Assembly (NCBI RefSeq): GCF_037042905.1 | Contig: NC_087246.1 | Span: 17,670,001 to 17,734,000, forward strand | DNA length: 64,000 bases | Origin: Lytechinus pictus | Lineage: Eukaryota | Reading direction: 5' to 3' | In this document: piece after piece, positions 1 to 13,714 of the stretch | How the letters are laid out: each line of letters begins with the position of its first letter | How positions within the stretch are numbered: position 1 is the first letter of the stretch | The notes under the pieces: model-generated | What the model saw: the letters and a program-made list of their open reading frames with translations, nothing else | Database searches by the model: none | What the model was told of the DNA's origin: nothing | Translations under genes and position numbers: made by a program

Positions 1-458
1 ATGGATGAAAATTAGGGTCTGTGAGCAATTTTTTTATTTTTTTTTATTTGGGGAAGGGGGGGGGGGTTCTAATTTAAATAACATAATAAAATGATGTTGG
101 CAGGCTTTATTAGGATTGGTATGGCAATGGCAAATAAATTGCTGGGGTTGTCTGCCTTAAGATATTATAAAGAGCATTCAAAACGTAAAATCTGTGGATT
201 GACTAATGAAATCGGAACTACCATTACACACTCCTAGAATGTGTGTCATCAACATGTGTCGTCTGACAAGATGTTGGATCTGAAAACTTTCCTTAATTTT
301 GATTGGCTGAGGTGCCTGGCTGTCACTATGGGAACTGTCTAAAACCAAGTCTTTTTTACAGATAAAACAAGTCCTTCCATGAAACACTCTCCATGAGATG
401 AGGGTAGATGATTATTCCTCTGAGATTTTTTCATCTCTTGAGGGGTAGAGTAAAACAC

Positions 459-636
459 AGTGACATGACATTTGCTACGGTCTTTATTCGTCTATGATAG
501 AGGGTTGGTGTTAGGGTTGCAACAGGGTTTTATGTTAGGTTAAGGATTAGGTTTAGGATAGGGTATAGTGTTGAAGGTTGAAATTGGTCATTCCATTAGA
601 GTGTGGAATTGTCACCTGAGCAAATATCATGGAACC
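459..636. mobile_element. Older, oppositely oriented copy of the 12063-12276 MITE
   Basis: GTGACATGACATTTGCT ... AATTGTCACCTGAGCAAATATCATGGAACC around degenerate TTAGG(G) repeats. Confidence 0.6.
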
Positions 637-1006
637 AGTTATACAAGACTATTATAGGTCAAAATGTCTCTGTACTACAGAAGTCAAAACTTTTGGTGTA
701 TATTTCAGAACATGGGGTGCTTTACAAAGATTCAAGTGACTTGAAGAAGTTGAAGTCATTAAAGTCCACTGGGCATATGGTATTCACCACAAACTAATCA
801 TTTATGACTATGAACTAACAATTTTTCCTTTAACATGATCTAATCAATGCAGTAAAGTGTTATGTAATTGGAAATGTAAGTGCAACTTTTAGTCTCATTT
901 GACTCTGCGAAATGGGTATGTGGATAAAGGAAAAAAAAGAGGACAGACAAATAAAAAGAGGGAGAGAGAGACAAGAAGAGAGAAATATTGAACAATATTA
1001 AATTAC

Positions 1007-4000
1007 CTGTCATCCAAGCAAACGTCTTGGGTAATCCTCGAGCCTTAGGGCAGTACTGCTCAAGCTTACTGTATCCAAAGTTGCCTGGTAACTCCAAGAA
1101 ACTTGCTGTAGTTTACAAAAGAACACAAAAATTCTTTGATCATATATATTCATGTCAAAATTATCATTAATGTGTAAAATTTGCTAAAGAAAGTTAAATA
1201 TTGTCACTTGTGAATGAAGTTTTATTGGTCAAGAGAACACTGAACATAAAATTTCAGGGACAACTGGTTGTAATTCAGGAAAAAAATCAATTGATAAGCA
1301 TGGAACCTGATCAAACAAAGATCACAACTATGAAAATTTACATCCTATAGACATTTGGAAAATCAAAAGGAGAAATATAAAGTCATGGACAATTCAGAAA
1401 TGAATAATATGATGTGATTGAGAAAATAATTCAAGAGCGTGTGGTTTTCATTTTACAAAGAGTTGTGATTGGTCTGATCAACCTCAACTATGGAAATGCA
1501 TTAATGTCATAATTCTTCATACAGGAAATGAACACAATTTTCTGAGTATTCAGAGTATTCTTAATTGTTCAGGCACTGACACTCTCTTGATTGTATGTTG
1601 TATTTAGAATACAATTTGAATGGTCATATCCATCTTAAATTTTGGTATTGCTGACTTTCCACAGTTGCAATTGATCGGATCAATCACATCTGTTTGTAAG
1701 AATATAAATCAGTCAGATAATTAATAAGCATAATGATCAAGATCCAACTTACGTGTGATGTCCTCGTACTTCTGAAAGACATTTAAAAAGATGGGCGTAT
1801 CTGCTTGAGCTGGAACGGTCCCAACGAACTGGTACAATCGTCTGCATGTGGAGTGATAAATGTGTAGCACTGACATGGTCATATAGAGCACAGTCAATTT
1901 TATTTTGGTTGCAAGACCATCTTGTTCATCATCATCATCCTCAACAAAGATAAGGGTTATCATCATCAACATCCTCATTTCTATCTTCAACAGAATCGTT
2001 ATCATCAACATCATCCTTATCATCCTCGTTATCATTATCCCCATCACCCTCATCGTCGTCATCATCATCATCATCGTCGTCACCATTCACCACCACCACC
2101 ACAACTATCATCATCATCACTATATCCTCCTCTTCCCGTTCCTCCTCTTGATCATCATTAATCATCATCACCATCCACTGCATCATCATTATCATTATGA
2201 CTCTCAATGTCATCAAAAGAATAATTGTAAATTCTAATTTATTTTTGTGTTACAATCATAATCATAGTACATTAAAGTTACCCTGGTGTGGTTGCCATGA
2301 CAAAGAATCTCGCCTTCTCTCCTGCTTTAGAAGATGGTATACGTTCTACTTCAATCGCTGTCACCGGGACGGTACCTTCTTTACCAAGACTAAACACCTG
2401 AAAATAAAACGTTTTTGGTATCAATTAATTTTCACAATTCAAATACCATGTAGCACTTACGTCCTATGACAAGACATTAGTCTGCCCTTAGTTCACTCGG
2501 GTGTTAAATGGATACCAAGTAAGAGGCAAATTATACTGTGTATAAGTTTTGCCAGTGCCATCGTCTATTAGCTTGGCAAATAAAGAAAATAATAATAATC
2601 AGTTCTTAGAGATGCATAATACCATAATATAGTCTCTATACATGTGTAAGAATTTTGTATAAGGCTAATACTTCTTACAAAGGTATATTTTAACACATAT
2701 TTGAATCTGTTGAAATCTGATATTACAGTGACATAAAAAGTGAGTTCAATCAATCTTTATTCTCTGTGAAACACACCCTTTTAAGGCTAGAAAAACATTC
2801 ACTACACAGGTCTGCTTAAGTTGAATCTCTTGGCACCACAGAAACCCTTTTGACTAAAGCAAAATTAGACAAATTTGGGATACATTTGTATTACAGACAA
2901 AAATCAAAGTAGATTGAACTTTGGAAATGTTTGTTACTTCCCCATAATATCTAGAACAATTGTGTTGACTTTTTAAAAAATCAAATCAATACAGTGCTTG
3001 ATATAAATTCTATACTTTCACAGAGCAGTAATTGCATACCTGTTTGAAATACTGATCTAAGCTCTGTTGAAAGAATCGACTATCCTCTCCAGCTTGGATT
3101 TCAGCTTCATATATCAAACCTATAACAGAAAAAAAAATGATTACTTAATTCATGCATGACCACTTGCCACTATCGTCATTCTTATCACTCTTAGTGTATT
3201 CAATGATTGGAAATCAGATGCTATTACCCTGACCTTGGTAGAGAGAACTATGAAGCCTTTGGATAAATGGAGAAACAACTTGCTCATATTAATACATCAA
3301 AATTATCAAAACAAACAGATATTAATCGATCATCATGCATTAAGAGTCGAGAAAGGCGTAAGGGGTGATACAACACAGCCAATGGCATACCATATGGTGC
3401 AAGAAGCACAGGTTTGGTGATTGCCTCTGCAAAACAATGCAAATATCAGAGAAAGTTGTATCACCACTAACACCACAATAACGACTCCATCATCACCTCC
3501 AACACCAACATCAACACCAACACCACTATCACCATTAACACCAGCACTATCATGACCAACACTAGCACCATCATCCCCATCAACACCATTAACACCAGCA
3601 CTATCATGACCAACACTAGCACCATCATCCCCATCAACACCAACACCATCACCACCATTGATACCACAAAGTCTGCAGGCATATCTACTCCTGTCAACTT
3701 CCATTCCAATTAATTAGAAATCAAAATCTACATGTTGAATAGAGCTATCATTACCTTGACTTGTGCCTAGAAGAATTTCAGAGGTTGATGTATCACTCGT
3801 GTTCGACTTGTTCCAACCAACTGAGTCAATCAAATGACCCTGTCAAGAAATGCAACAAAAGGAGAACCACATCAAGATTAAATGGAGTATGGTACAACTC
3901 TCATCACAATAGGCATGAAATTATTAAATCCAGTTTTGAGTAGTGGCTGGTTCAAACATTTGCCTCCCTAGTCATGGGCAGAAAATTTTCCTTTTTGTTT

Positions 4001-7000
4001 CGATTTAAATCAATACAGTAAATGATTTAAATTTGGGCAGCAAAACAGGAGGCAAGGAGTGATCCACTACCCGTGGAGCATCTTGGCCCAGTGGATTAGT
4101 CCCTGGACTTTGAAGCAGAGGGTCGTGGATTCAATCCCAGCCATGGCGTAATTTCCTTCAGCAAGGAATTCATCCACAGTGCTGCACTAAACCCAGGTGA
4201 GGTAAATGGGTACCGGCAGGAAGTAATTCCTCAAAAAGCTGTGTGCACCTGAATAGGTAGCCTAGCTTAGCTGGGGTAATAATAGCAGGGCCCGCTGGGA
4301 GAACAGTTTTCGGAACTGAAGTGGCTACCCTGGGTAAATATACCATTATTGTTATCATTATTATCATTACCCCCCCCCTTTAGGTATGAGTAATGAAAAA
4401 AGAGTAGTGAACGACAAAAAAAGTACTAAAAATAATTAATTGGTTTTGTAATTCTAAAATATACATGATAATTTTGACTAAAACAAAATAAATCCTTCCG
4501 CAGTAATAACCAATATAAACCAATCATTCATTCACCATATAAAAAAAACCCACAAAGGATGCAACCTTGCCATACCTTGAACTTGGTTAGATTCTTGCAT
4601 TTCTTGCTATTCCTAGAGAGATAGAAGACTTCTTGTGCTTCGGTGCTGATCAGCAGATGACGCCCTGTGGGATCTAGGAACAGATGATGAACAGGATCGT
4701 CTCCTACTTTGACCTCTGAGGAGTGAATGAAACATGGATACTTTGACTTTTCAGATTGTATTAATTAACACTAAGTAAATTAATGCCATTGTAATAAAGC
4801 ACAAGGGTTTAATTTGCCTGCATATAAAGCCTTCTTGAGTATCGTTGCATAACAGATGGTTGTCTCTCAGCTGATTAAATGTGTGATCACTTGTCGCAAA
4901 ACCTAATGTAGAATGAGTCCTAAACTGAAAGATTCGTATATCATAAAATTCACAATGACAGCATTAATAGCAAAGACAGCTCAGAATTCATAAAGTTTTA
5001 CAAAATTGCGGTTTGTTTTTCAGACATGATGCAACAAACCTAAGAAAATTGTTCATACTGTTATAGTAATGCTCATTGAAATAAAAGGCATTATCCCTTT
5101 ATTTAGAAATTGTCTACAATATTAGAGTGTGAATATGTGCTAACATGTGTTACCATGCTTTAGTCTGAGGTGCCATTTTTAATGCTCGGTGCATTCAAGG
5201 AAGAATCCTACCAGCTACCCATTCACCTCACCTTGGTTGAATTTCTCACTTAACAAATTTAAAGAGATGCTTGAGAATATGATCCCCAAACCAGTTTGAA
5301 ATGCAAAGGTCAGAACCTCTTGACCAAAAACTCTTACATAGGGGCGGGGGACATGGTCAGACAAATCCGGCCATTACAAATGTTTAGGAAATAAAAGAAA
5401 CATTTGTCCTAATCCATAATACATCAAGTACGTTGTGATATTCTTTTTGAAAAAAAAATTGATTAGTCAACACCATTCTTCAGCCAGGCAACAAACAAAA
5501 CATTTTTTTCAGGGGGGGGGGGAAGGCTGCATTGCTTTATATCATATTGACAAGGTACAAGTACACCAAATAGTTGCTGAACCTTATCATGCCATGTTTG
5601 AATTATGGATAAATTCTATGACACAGTCACACCAATGGAACTGACTCCAAATGGAGCAATGACATGCCATTCGGAATAACAATATAGCTTTGATCGGTCT
5701 GGACCCTGTTTCATAATAAGATGCTATGATAGCAAGTCTTGGCGGAATGTCAACTACCATGACAACAGTGAAAAATTCTGCATTTTGATTGGCTCTTTGA
5801 ATGAAAGGTGATAATCCAGCAAGAGTTGCAACTTTTTATGACTCTTGACCCTGCAGTCATTTTTTTTTTTTTTTTTACTATAGCATTAGAAACTTACCAT
5901 CAGGTTGTTCTGGATGTTCCCTATCAATCCTCAGTAACTGATGATCTTTCATTGCAATAATCAAGATATTGTTGTTTACCACCATGTGGGTTATAGCTTT
6001 AGGAGGCCTGCAGATGAATAACATAATTCAAGAAAATGATAAGAAATAGTGTTTTATACAATATTTCTATTAGCGTTGCATTCTATAACCATTTGGATTA
6101 GGATTATATGTACACTCTCTCACAAAAATATATTATCAATTGTGGTTAAAACTTATATCAATTGGATTTTTATTGAAGAACAAGGAATGCTGGAGAGCAT
6201 ACTGTAAAAATTGTAATATAAAGGTTGTAAGAACAGTAGCGAAAATTTATATATCATTCTAGTAGGTATATTACAAGGCTACATGATCAAAATGTTGCAT
6301 CCCAGTTAAGACTCCAGGAACTGTATGAGTTATAATAAATAGGTTTTGAGCCTGATGTTGATTAAAGTGGCTGTGGCCCATTGGCTTTAAATTGAAGATT
6401 AGGAACAAAGAGAATGAGAAATTATTTTAAAAATTACTATATGGAATAAAATTGTATAAATTGTGAGAGGCGAAATGTGACTGAATAGCTTTACATAAAA
6501 AGTTATTAATAGTAAATTAAACAAAGTCTCTTACTGGAAATTGATCCTGTTCCTTGTGAAAATGCGGACATCTTCCTCCAAAGATGCAGAGACATAACCT
6601 GATGAGATCTATGAAAAGAGAGAAAGAGGGGAAAAGAATTAAACACTATGGCCCGTATTCTGAAGTCAGGTTTTACTTAGACTCAGGTTTAAAGTTGTGG
6701 TTTAAGTATGGGAAGCCAGAAGTATCAAATTTTTTATTAAGTTGTACGTTTCTTATGTTTACTGTGCTCTTTCCTGATTCATTGATGGTGAAGACAATAA
6801 TCTATATATACTTCCTAGACAATTATGAATGATTTGAGAGCCAAATGCGCTGAAATATGATATCTCTACCGTTAGTGATTTATGTAACAATTGGCTGCCA
6901 TACTTAAACCACAACTTTAAACCAGAGTTTAAGTTAAACCCGACTTCAGAATACGGGCCTATGGTTTAAAGGGCAAGTCCAACCAAACAGAAAGTTGATT

Positions 7001-9187
7001 TGAATTCGGTTTATTGACTTTTCATATTTTATTGATTACTATATCTTCAACGGTGGTGGATCCAGGGGGGAGAGGCACATCCGGACCATGTCCCCCCTCC
7101 CACATTGAGAGTCATAGCCAAGTTTTTACATAAATATGTTGTTCGAATACACAAGTGTGTCCCACCCCACTTTTGAGAGTCAAGAGCAAATTTTTATAAT
7201 GGAAATATGTTATAAATAATAAATAATAATTATTATTATCATTACTATCATTATCATTAGTATTATTATTACTACTACTAATATTATTATTACATGTATT
7301 ATTATTATTCTAATGATATACATAAGATATCTGTTTATTTAAAGAACCTTATATTGCAAGGTAAAATATTTTAGTTCAGTTTCAGTTGAAAACTTATATC
7401 ACAAATTACATATTCAACAAAATTCTAATGTATTGGTGCATTAACAAGCAAATGATACCTTTGTTGAAATACATGTAGGATGATAAAATAGCAATGTCTG
7501 CTAAGTACTGTATGAGCTGTTATTTTCGCAGATTTCGCGAATTGCAGATCAGCCGTGAATTTAACAACACACAAAAATATTGACACATTTATTAGTCAGT
7601 TCCAATATCCCCAACAGCAAAGCTTTGCTATTGAAAACATCCTGTGTAGTGAAAAAAAAGAGATATGCACCTCAATATGTACAAAAAATAAGGTTTAGAA
7701 AGTACAGTTAGTGATTTAAAAAAAAATCACTTTTTTTTTATTTCTCAAACAAAATCAGAGCTTAAACTATTTTCTCACATAATTCTATCGATATTTATTC
7801 ACTCACTGTAATATTAAAATGTATTTTCCATGAAATAATTTGATTTTATTGTCATCTGATTCACTATATACACACGTATTGGCAGCTATTTTCATACTCA
7901 TTATTATTCATAGGTCACATGACCAGAGCCTTTAGGTGTAAGATTCTGTTCACAAAATTCAACACTTTTGCACTGAAACCAACTTTTTAAAAAGTGAATC
8001 TAACAAAACACAACTTCAAAAGATTACTCTTGCAGACCAAACTGTGACATGATCTAAAGGTACAAAAAAGTGAAATTTAAGCCACTTTTTTCCACATTTT
8101 GTAACTGTTTTTACAGGGACATATTTATGTACAAGAGACACATCAGCATGGGGACTTTGGTAAGTATAATATTGCACATGATTTGCACTAGTTTTGCTAC
8201 TGTAGGGATTGATTTTGTACTTATATTTCTTTCCACTCTTATTCAGGAATCATCCCCTTTTTCTAATAGAACATCCCTCATTTATATTCACCCTTTTCAT
8301 CCTAACTTCCTATTCTTCATGTACAGCTCTCTCTTACACATTAACTGCTGTACACTCCTCACACAAGGTTCTTTTGTATTAAATCACTCCACCATCCTTC
8401 ATACAACTTTCTTCACACTCTCTCTCTCTCACTCTCCCTCTCCTTCCACCTCTCTCCTTCTGATTGGTTATAATGTTAGTTGATGCACTCAAGCTTAGAT
8501 AATAATTTGCATATAGTTTGAATAGTCAATATATATCTTTTGTTTGTATATTTGAATATTCAGTTATACTTTGTTATATTAATTTGCATTTGTATGAATA
8601 TTGATGTGCCTTAAATAATTTGCATGGAATGTTACCAAGAATGCAACAAGGCTTTGAGTTATTAAAAACTGGGAGTTGGCCAGTAAGTTCTCAACCTGAT
8701 AACATGTCTGCTGGGCTGCCTCTGTGTTAAGAGTACTAGGAATGAGATATTGTCGGAACCCCGTACTACACTTCTTTGAAATGCTGTGGAAATGTTTCGT
8801 ACATATTCCGATCGCGAATTTATCATATATCAACCTGCGAAAATGTCGGGACCCGTGCGATTCGCAAAAAAATTCTGTACGCGAAAATAACAGCTTGTAC
8901 AGTATGGTACCCTATTTATTACAACACATAATGACCTAAGACTCTATATATACATTCACTCTGAAACGACAAGTAAATCAATTACTTGAATTAGACTTAA
9001 ACACAAGTAATGTACAATAGACAAAATCAAAGAACATATTGTCTTTAATATGGTTGTTTCAAAAGTCTGAATATATTTAAATACATTCATTGCTACCTAC
9101 CGGAGCAGACTCTTTGGGTAAAGGATGAGGGATACTGGATGCAGCCCGTGCAGTAGCCTGCTCATACTGATCAAAGATAGATGACAT
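1007..9187 (-). CDS. VPS18: Vacuolar protein sorting-associated protein 18 (HOPS/CORVET core), 5' part only; gene continues past the left window edge
   Basis: Coding exons in transcription order: 9101-9187, 6535-6608, 5898-6007, 4576-4715, 3755-3839, 3040-3119, 2282-2397, 1753-1841, 1007-1105. All are GT-AG with consistent phases (880 nt, about 293 aa). Translation MSSIFDQYEQ...SGYVSASLEEDVRIFTRNRINF...HLFLDPTGRHLLIS...KGHLIDSVGWNK...ILLGTSQGLIYEAE...RLYQFVG...FLELPGNFGYSKL...FAWMTG matches the VPS18 N-terminal region as I recall it (human MASILDEYE..GYVNAQLEKEVPIFTKQRIDF..FLDHTGSHLLI..ESVGWNK..FAWMMG). Confidence 0.95.
1922..2215. repeat. Degenerate (CAT)n microsatellite, VPS18 intron
   Basis: Trinucleotide periodicity producing poly-His/Ile/Asp pseudo-ORFs. 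Confidence 0.9.
3460..3668. repeat. (CAC/CAT)-rich tract with a 54-bp tandem duplication
   Basis: ACCATTAACACCAGCACTATCATGACCAACACTAGCACCATCATCCCCATCAAC at 3531 and 3585. Confidence 0.85.
4075..4369 (+). mobile_element. Full-length tRNA-derived SINE (head + conserved core + LINE-like tail)
   Basis: A-box TGGCCCAGTGG (4084), degenerate B-box GGATTCAATCCC (about 4127), core ...CCCAGGTGAGGTAAATGGGTACCGGCAGG..., tail GGGAGAACAGttttcggaaCTGAA, and an (ATT/ATC)n end. Related copies occur elsewhere in the window. Confidence 0.85.
6650..6959. mobile_element. Harbinger-like MITE (310 bp)
   Basis: TIR GGCCCGTATTCTGAAGTC / GACTTCAGAATACGGGCC with 3-bp TSD TAT on both sides. Confidence 0.8.
7508..8902. 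mobile_element. TA-flanked non-autonomous DNA transposon (Tc1/pogo-like ends), probably with nested inserts
   Basis: ta|CTGTATGAGCTGTTATTTTCGC at 7508 and GCGAAAATAACAGCTTGTACAG|ta at 8902, with TTCGCGAA-type subterminal motifs at both ends. Confidence 0.6.
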
Positions 9188-9833
9188 GATTGATGGCTCA
9201 TCAAACCGTGTCTACCAACTACAAAAAAAGACACATAACACTAACAGATTCTATTATTAGCATCCATAATATGTTGCTATTCATTGATGAAAGAATCAAA
9301 TGACATATTAACCAAAAGGCAAAATTGAGTTTTATTGTTATCAATTCAATTCATAACTGATAAAAATCGACCAACGAATGCGAAAGGGTACCGTACTCCG
9401 TAATGGGCCGTTTCATAATTAAGCTGTCGAAACTTAGCGACTTTAAACTAAAGTAGGCCTACTTTAAGAACGACTGGTGAACATTTCTTACACGCTTAAC
9501 CATCACCAATGAATATACCATTCACCACAATACAGGATCAGCAGTCTTTCTTAACTTAAGTCGCACTTATTGCTAGTTAATGATTAATCTTATTCTTAAC
9601 TTACGTAGGGCCTCCAGCTTTATGAAACACCCACCAGGGTACATAATTCATTACGCGCGGGACTGTAGACGTAGTTGGCCTCGGGCTCCCACTAAATTTA
9701 CTAAAATAGTAAAAATGCCACTGGCCCTGGCGCACGGCTGGCATGAGAACAAAATAATTAATCTAATTTGTTAAGTCTACTAACGGTACCGTATATATTT
9801 CTTAATTTAAAAAATATAAATTAGTGCCTTTAC

Positions 9834-9890
9834 CTCGATTTTCATCGATGTCGATGAGCGCCGTATACTGTAGCAGTATCAGACTACGGG
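9834..9890 (-). other. VPS18: Probable non-coding 5' UTR exon of VPS18 (upstream boundary approximate)
   Basis: The ATG exon has an acceptor (ctttttttgtag, exon begins at 9218), so an upstream exon is needed. A good donor GAG|gtaaag lies at 9834/9833 in a CpG-containing patch. Confidence 0.5.
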
Positions 9891-12062
9891 CCGATTACAC
9901 GAAAGGTAAGGGGATAAATTTTGCCTCCGGTGTTGGCGTTGGTGTTGGTGTTAGTGTTGGAATTTTGATTGCTTCTCCTAGCTCCAAAACCTATTCTGAG
10001 TTTGTAAAACTGATCCAGATCACATAATTGACATCTCAATAACCAGTGAGTGACTTTTCAGGACCATCTTCATTTTATGTTTGGTGTTATACTCATGTAA
10101 AAATTGACCTAACACCAACACCAAAAGGTCAACACTGAACTTGAAATCACCCAATTGGGTGAAATCACCCAATCGCATGCACACCAAAATTGTGTGCATG
10201 CGATATGCGGAGCCGGAGTATCATTGGGCCTGGGAAAACCTCTCGCGTGTACCGGTACGTGTATAGAATATTATGCGAGCTTTTTCATCAGACTTCGACT
10301 GTTGTTTTTGTGAAACCTAGCCCCCAAGTTTCGCAGCTCAGTCACGCCCTGATTTAGTTGTTAATATTGTTAACCAATATTTTAAAGTGATAAATGCCCG
10401 GATAAATGAATAATTATCATTTTTTATTTTCAGTATTCAGTATTCAGTATTTAGTGTCGATCTCGGAGAGTCGGATAGGGGGATATTTAAAAACAATATT
10501 TATGTTCGATCTCGGTGCGAGCCATTCACATTCCCCCCCCCCCCCGTAGCTCCTTCACTAAATATCAGGAGCTGTGTTTAATTATGGTAAAACCATGGAG
10601 CTATGTTAATAGCTCTATGGTAAAACCTTAATTTTTTGCAAAGCTATGCATGCTGCGTATTCGCAAACTAATCTCTATGATACAGACACACTTTTAATCG
10701 TGAAAAAGAAACATATACTGTAATTCATAAAACACATGGGTGTCTATCCGGGGGGGGGGGGGATCCTCCCAAAAAAAAATCAGTTGGGAGATTGGTACAA
10801 TCATCCCCCGATATTTCGAGGGCTTAAAAAAACCCAGCTATATCTCCAGAAAAAAAAAATCGATAAATTTATTAAAATACATCAAAAAAATGACAACACA
10901 GAAATACGGAAAACAAAATTCGTTCCCCAAATCAGATCCTATAACACACTCGTCATGTTATAAGTGAACTTGCTTATATCATGTAGCCTATATAGAGTAA
11001 TTTCATAAGCCACTAATGAATGCATAAGTTTAATTAGGTCCTCTCTCATTTCGATAGTGCATAAAAGCAAACTTGTTTTCACAACAATTGCATTTTATAT
11101 GTTCTTATTAATTTAGCAGAAGTTACACAGGTTGGGAATATAGCTTCATCATTTTTGAATAACATAATTTTACCCCTTTGCTCATTATGTATACATGGTA
11201 TAGGCCCGAAATTTTATAAATAGATTTGACTTCTATACAGGCCTAAACCATTCGAAAAGTTTGATCTTTGATGGTACTACTATGTTTTGTTTTTGCCATG
11301 TTAACAATTATGTCAAATTCTGACAACAGATAAAAAAATCATGTAGTTATTATGACATTTTTAACCGTTACACAGGACTGTATTTTCATGTTTTTACCTT
11401 ATATGATAAATAAATCTGCGCTTATTGATTGTTTTAAGCGTTAATATGCTATTCCGTATTAAAGTAGACCTACTTTCATATTGTTCTGTCAATGTTCTGA
11501 GATGTTCTTTTGGCTTGAAATGAAATATATACTTGTTATGTGTTACAATGTTTGGTAATTTAAGAGTGTAAGTGGACTACAATATCATGGCCTAGAAAGT
11601 GATTTAAGTTTACTCTAAAATGCGATTTTCGCGTGTCAATTTCTTAAAAAGCCCCTATACCGTGGGAGGGGGATATTCGGTCGCTTCGCCCCCTCGCTGG
11701 TACTCAGACACCAATCATCCCCCAATCATCACACTAATCGACACCTATATGATAAAACAATTATGTGCGCCGAAGCGTACGTACGTGAGCTAATTTATTT
11801 TTTACTTACCTGCAAATGTTATTTTAAGCAGTGTTTTAACAGATATACTTACAAATATAAATGCGAGCGTTAATATGCAAGCTGAAAATTTGGATGCATT
11901 GACTTTTAATCGGGCTTGGAATGCAGGGGCGTAGGGTCGGTGACCAGCCGGAGCCTCAAGGGGGGGGGGCAATAGAAAAAAAAAAACCCGGACATGACAA
12001 TTATGAACAGGAAGATTGTGTGCGCGAGCATTAGAGCGAGGTAAACATTAAGAAGTTTTTTT

Positions 12063-12276
12063 GGTTCCATGACATTTGCTCCGGCGACAATTGCTCCGAT
12101 GGAAAATCTACACAATAAGCAAAACATAAAACCTAACTTCCAAAACTAAATAAACCCTATTCGTAATCATTACAATATTCTGAACCAAAAACTCTATCAC
12201 AATCCTAACTCTAATCCTATGCCTTCTGAAATATTAAGCCCGGAGCAATTGTCGCAGGAGCAAATGTCGGGTCACC
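12063..12276. mobile_element. GG-terminus MITE with 8-bp TSD (Merlin-like) and a telomere-like CCTAA core
   Basis: GGTTCCATGACATTTGCTCCGGCGACAATTGCTCC ... GGAGCAATTGTCGCAGGAGCAAATGTCGGGTCACC, with GTTTTTTT on both sides (12055-62, 12277-84). Confidence 0.7.
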
Positions 12277-13714
12277 GTTTTTTTACATGGGCCGCGGAAC
12301 GGTTTTGGGGGGGGGGGCTGACCATGCAAAAAAAATCACAATCATGGTAATTTTGACGTTTTTGTACATAGTTTTGGAAAAAAAGAGGGAGGCTGAAGCC
12401 CCCCAACCCCCCCCCCCTTCCGCGGCCCCTGCTTTACTTAAAAATAGGGGGATATCTAGCTCTTGGTTACAAGGACCTTTTTTTTTTGTCCTGATTGCGA
12501 CTGCTATGGCAAGCTTATAATAGACTTCATATAGGCCCCTAATGTTACGCCATCCATCTTTCTTCCCGTACTAATTCACAATCCTCGGCAGCCGCGGTCA
12601 TGTTATTAATTTCTTTTTTTTTCTTTTCTTGTCTCTTTTCTTCATTTTCCAATTTAGCTTTTTGCTCATTCCATGGCTCTCTTTCTTTCTTGCTTTCTTT
12701 CTTTCTTTCTTTCTTTCTCTTCATTCCCGTTTTTTTTCCCTGATGAAATCCGCCAGGGGGAAAGCCTGCCCCCCGTTAAGTTTATCTAGAAGCCGCTTAA
12801 TACGACATATCTCGCTAAACATAGCCGTTGAGTACTTGCGGAAATTTAAGTTGATACAATTATTATGCTGACCTGAAAACGAACATACTTTTTTAAATTA
12901 TGATAGCAATATATACGTAAGCCTTTTACCACCCTAACTTCACTCTAAAAAAGATTGAGTAAAAATTTACCCAATATTGGGTAGAAAGGGAACGTTAATT
13001 TTGTTGAGTAATTTTTTCCCATATTAGGCAAAATGCATGTACATTTCAACGCAACACTGCGTAAAATTTACAAGGTATTTGGTATCATTACTGGGCAAAC
13101 ATAATGCATGTTCCCATTTTCCCCAATATTTGGTAAACTTTTTCTTATAGTGTTAGGACTACAATTTTCGCGATATCCGCTGCGCAAAAGACCCAAGGGA
13201 CTTCAAGCTCACAAAATAGCCCAGGTAGGGTTAAGAAATACGCATACCTGAATTATCTTTATGGCTATATAAATATTTTTTATACAAAATTCATGAACAC
13301 TGAGGATATGTATCTCAGTAAACAAAAAAAAAGCCAAAATATTGTCATCCTCAAAAGACTAAAACAGAACATTTTAAGGACATCAGTGGTAATCATTATC
13401 GATGAGCATATCCCCCCAAATCATAATGAAAATATGAAGCGAGCACTTTCTTATTAAACTGTATCTTGAGTTAAGCGCCAAGTATTAGCATAATCCTTCA
13501 TGTGAATAAAAAAAAGGAATTTGCCATTTTCCCCTCTAATTTTAAAAACTTTGTTTCCTCCTTAACCATGTTTACCTGTTTACTGTTTTCCATTTTTTTT
13601 GCCCATATAATTTGCGTCTTTGTTATGACCTATACAACAATGAAAAAAAAAAACATTTTAAATTATTATAATAAAAAGAACCCCTCCCCATGCCAGGCAG
13701 ACTACGCCAGGCCC

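Noticed and set aside
1721-2237. Overlapping His/Ile/Asp/Met-rich ORFs
   Set aside because: Translations of a (CAT)n microsatellite. Only 1753-1841 (a VPS18 exon) is coding.
4075-4145. tRNA gene-like sequence (also 53925-53993)
   Set aside because: It continues into a SINE core and tail and lacks a proper acceptor stem.
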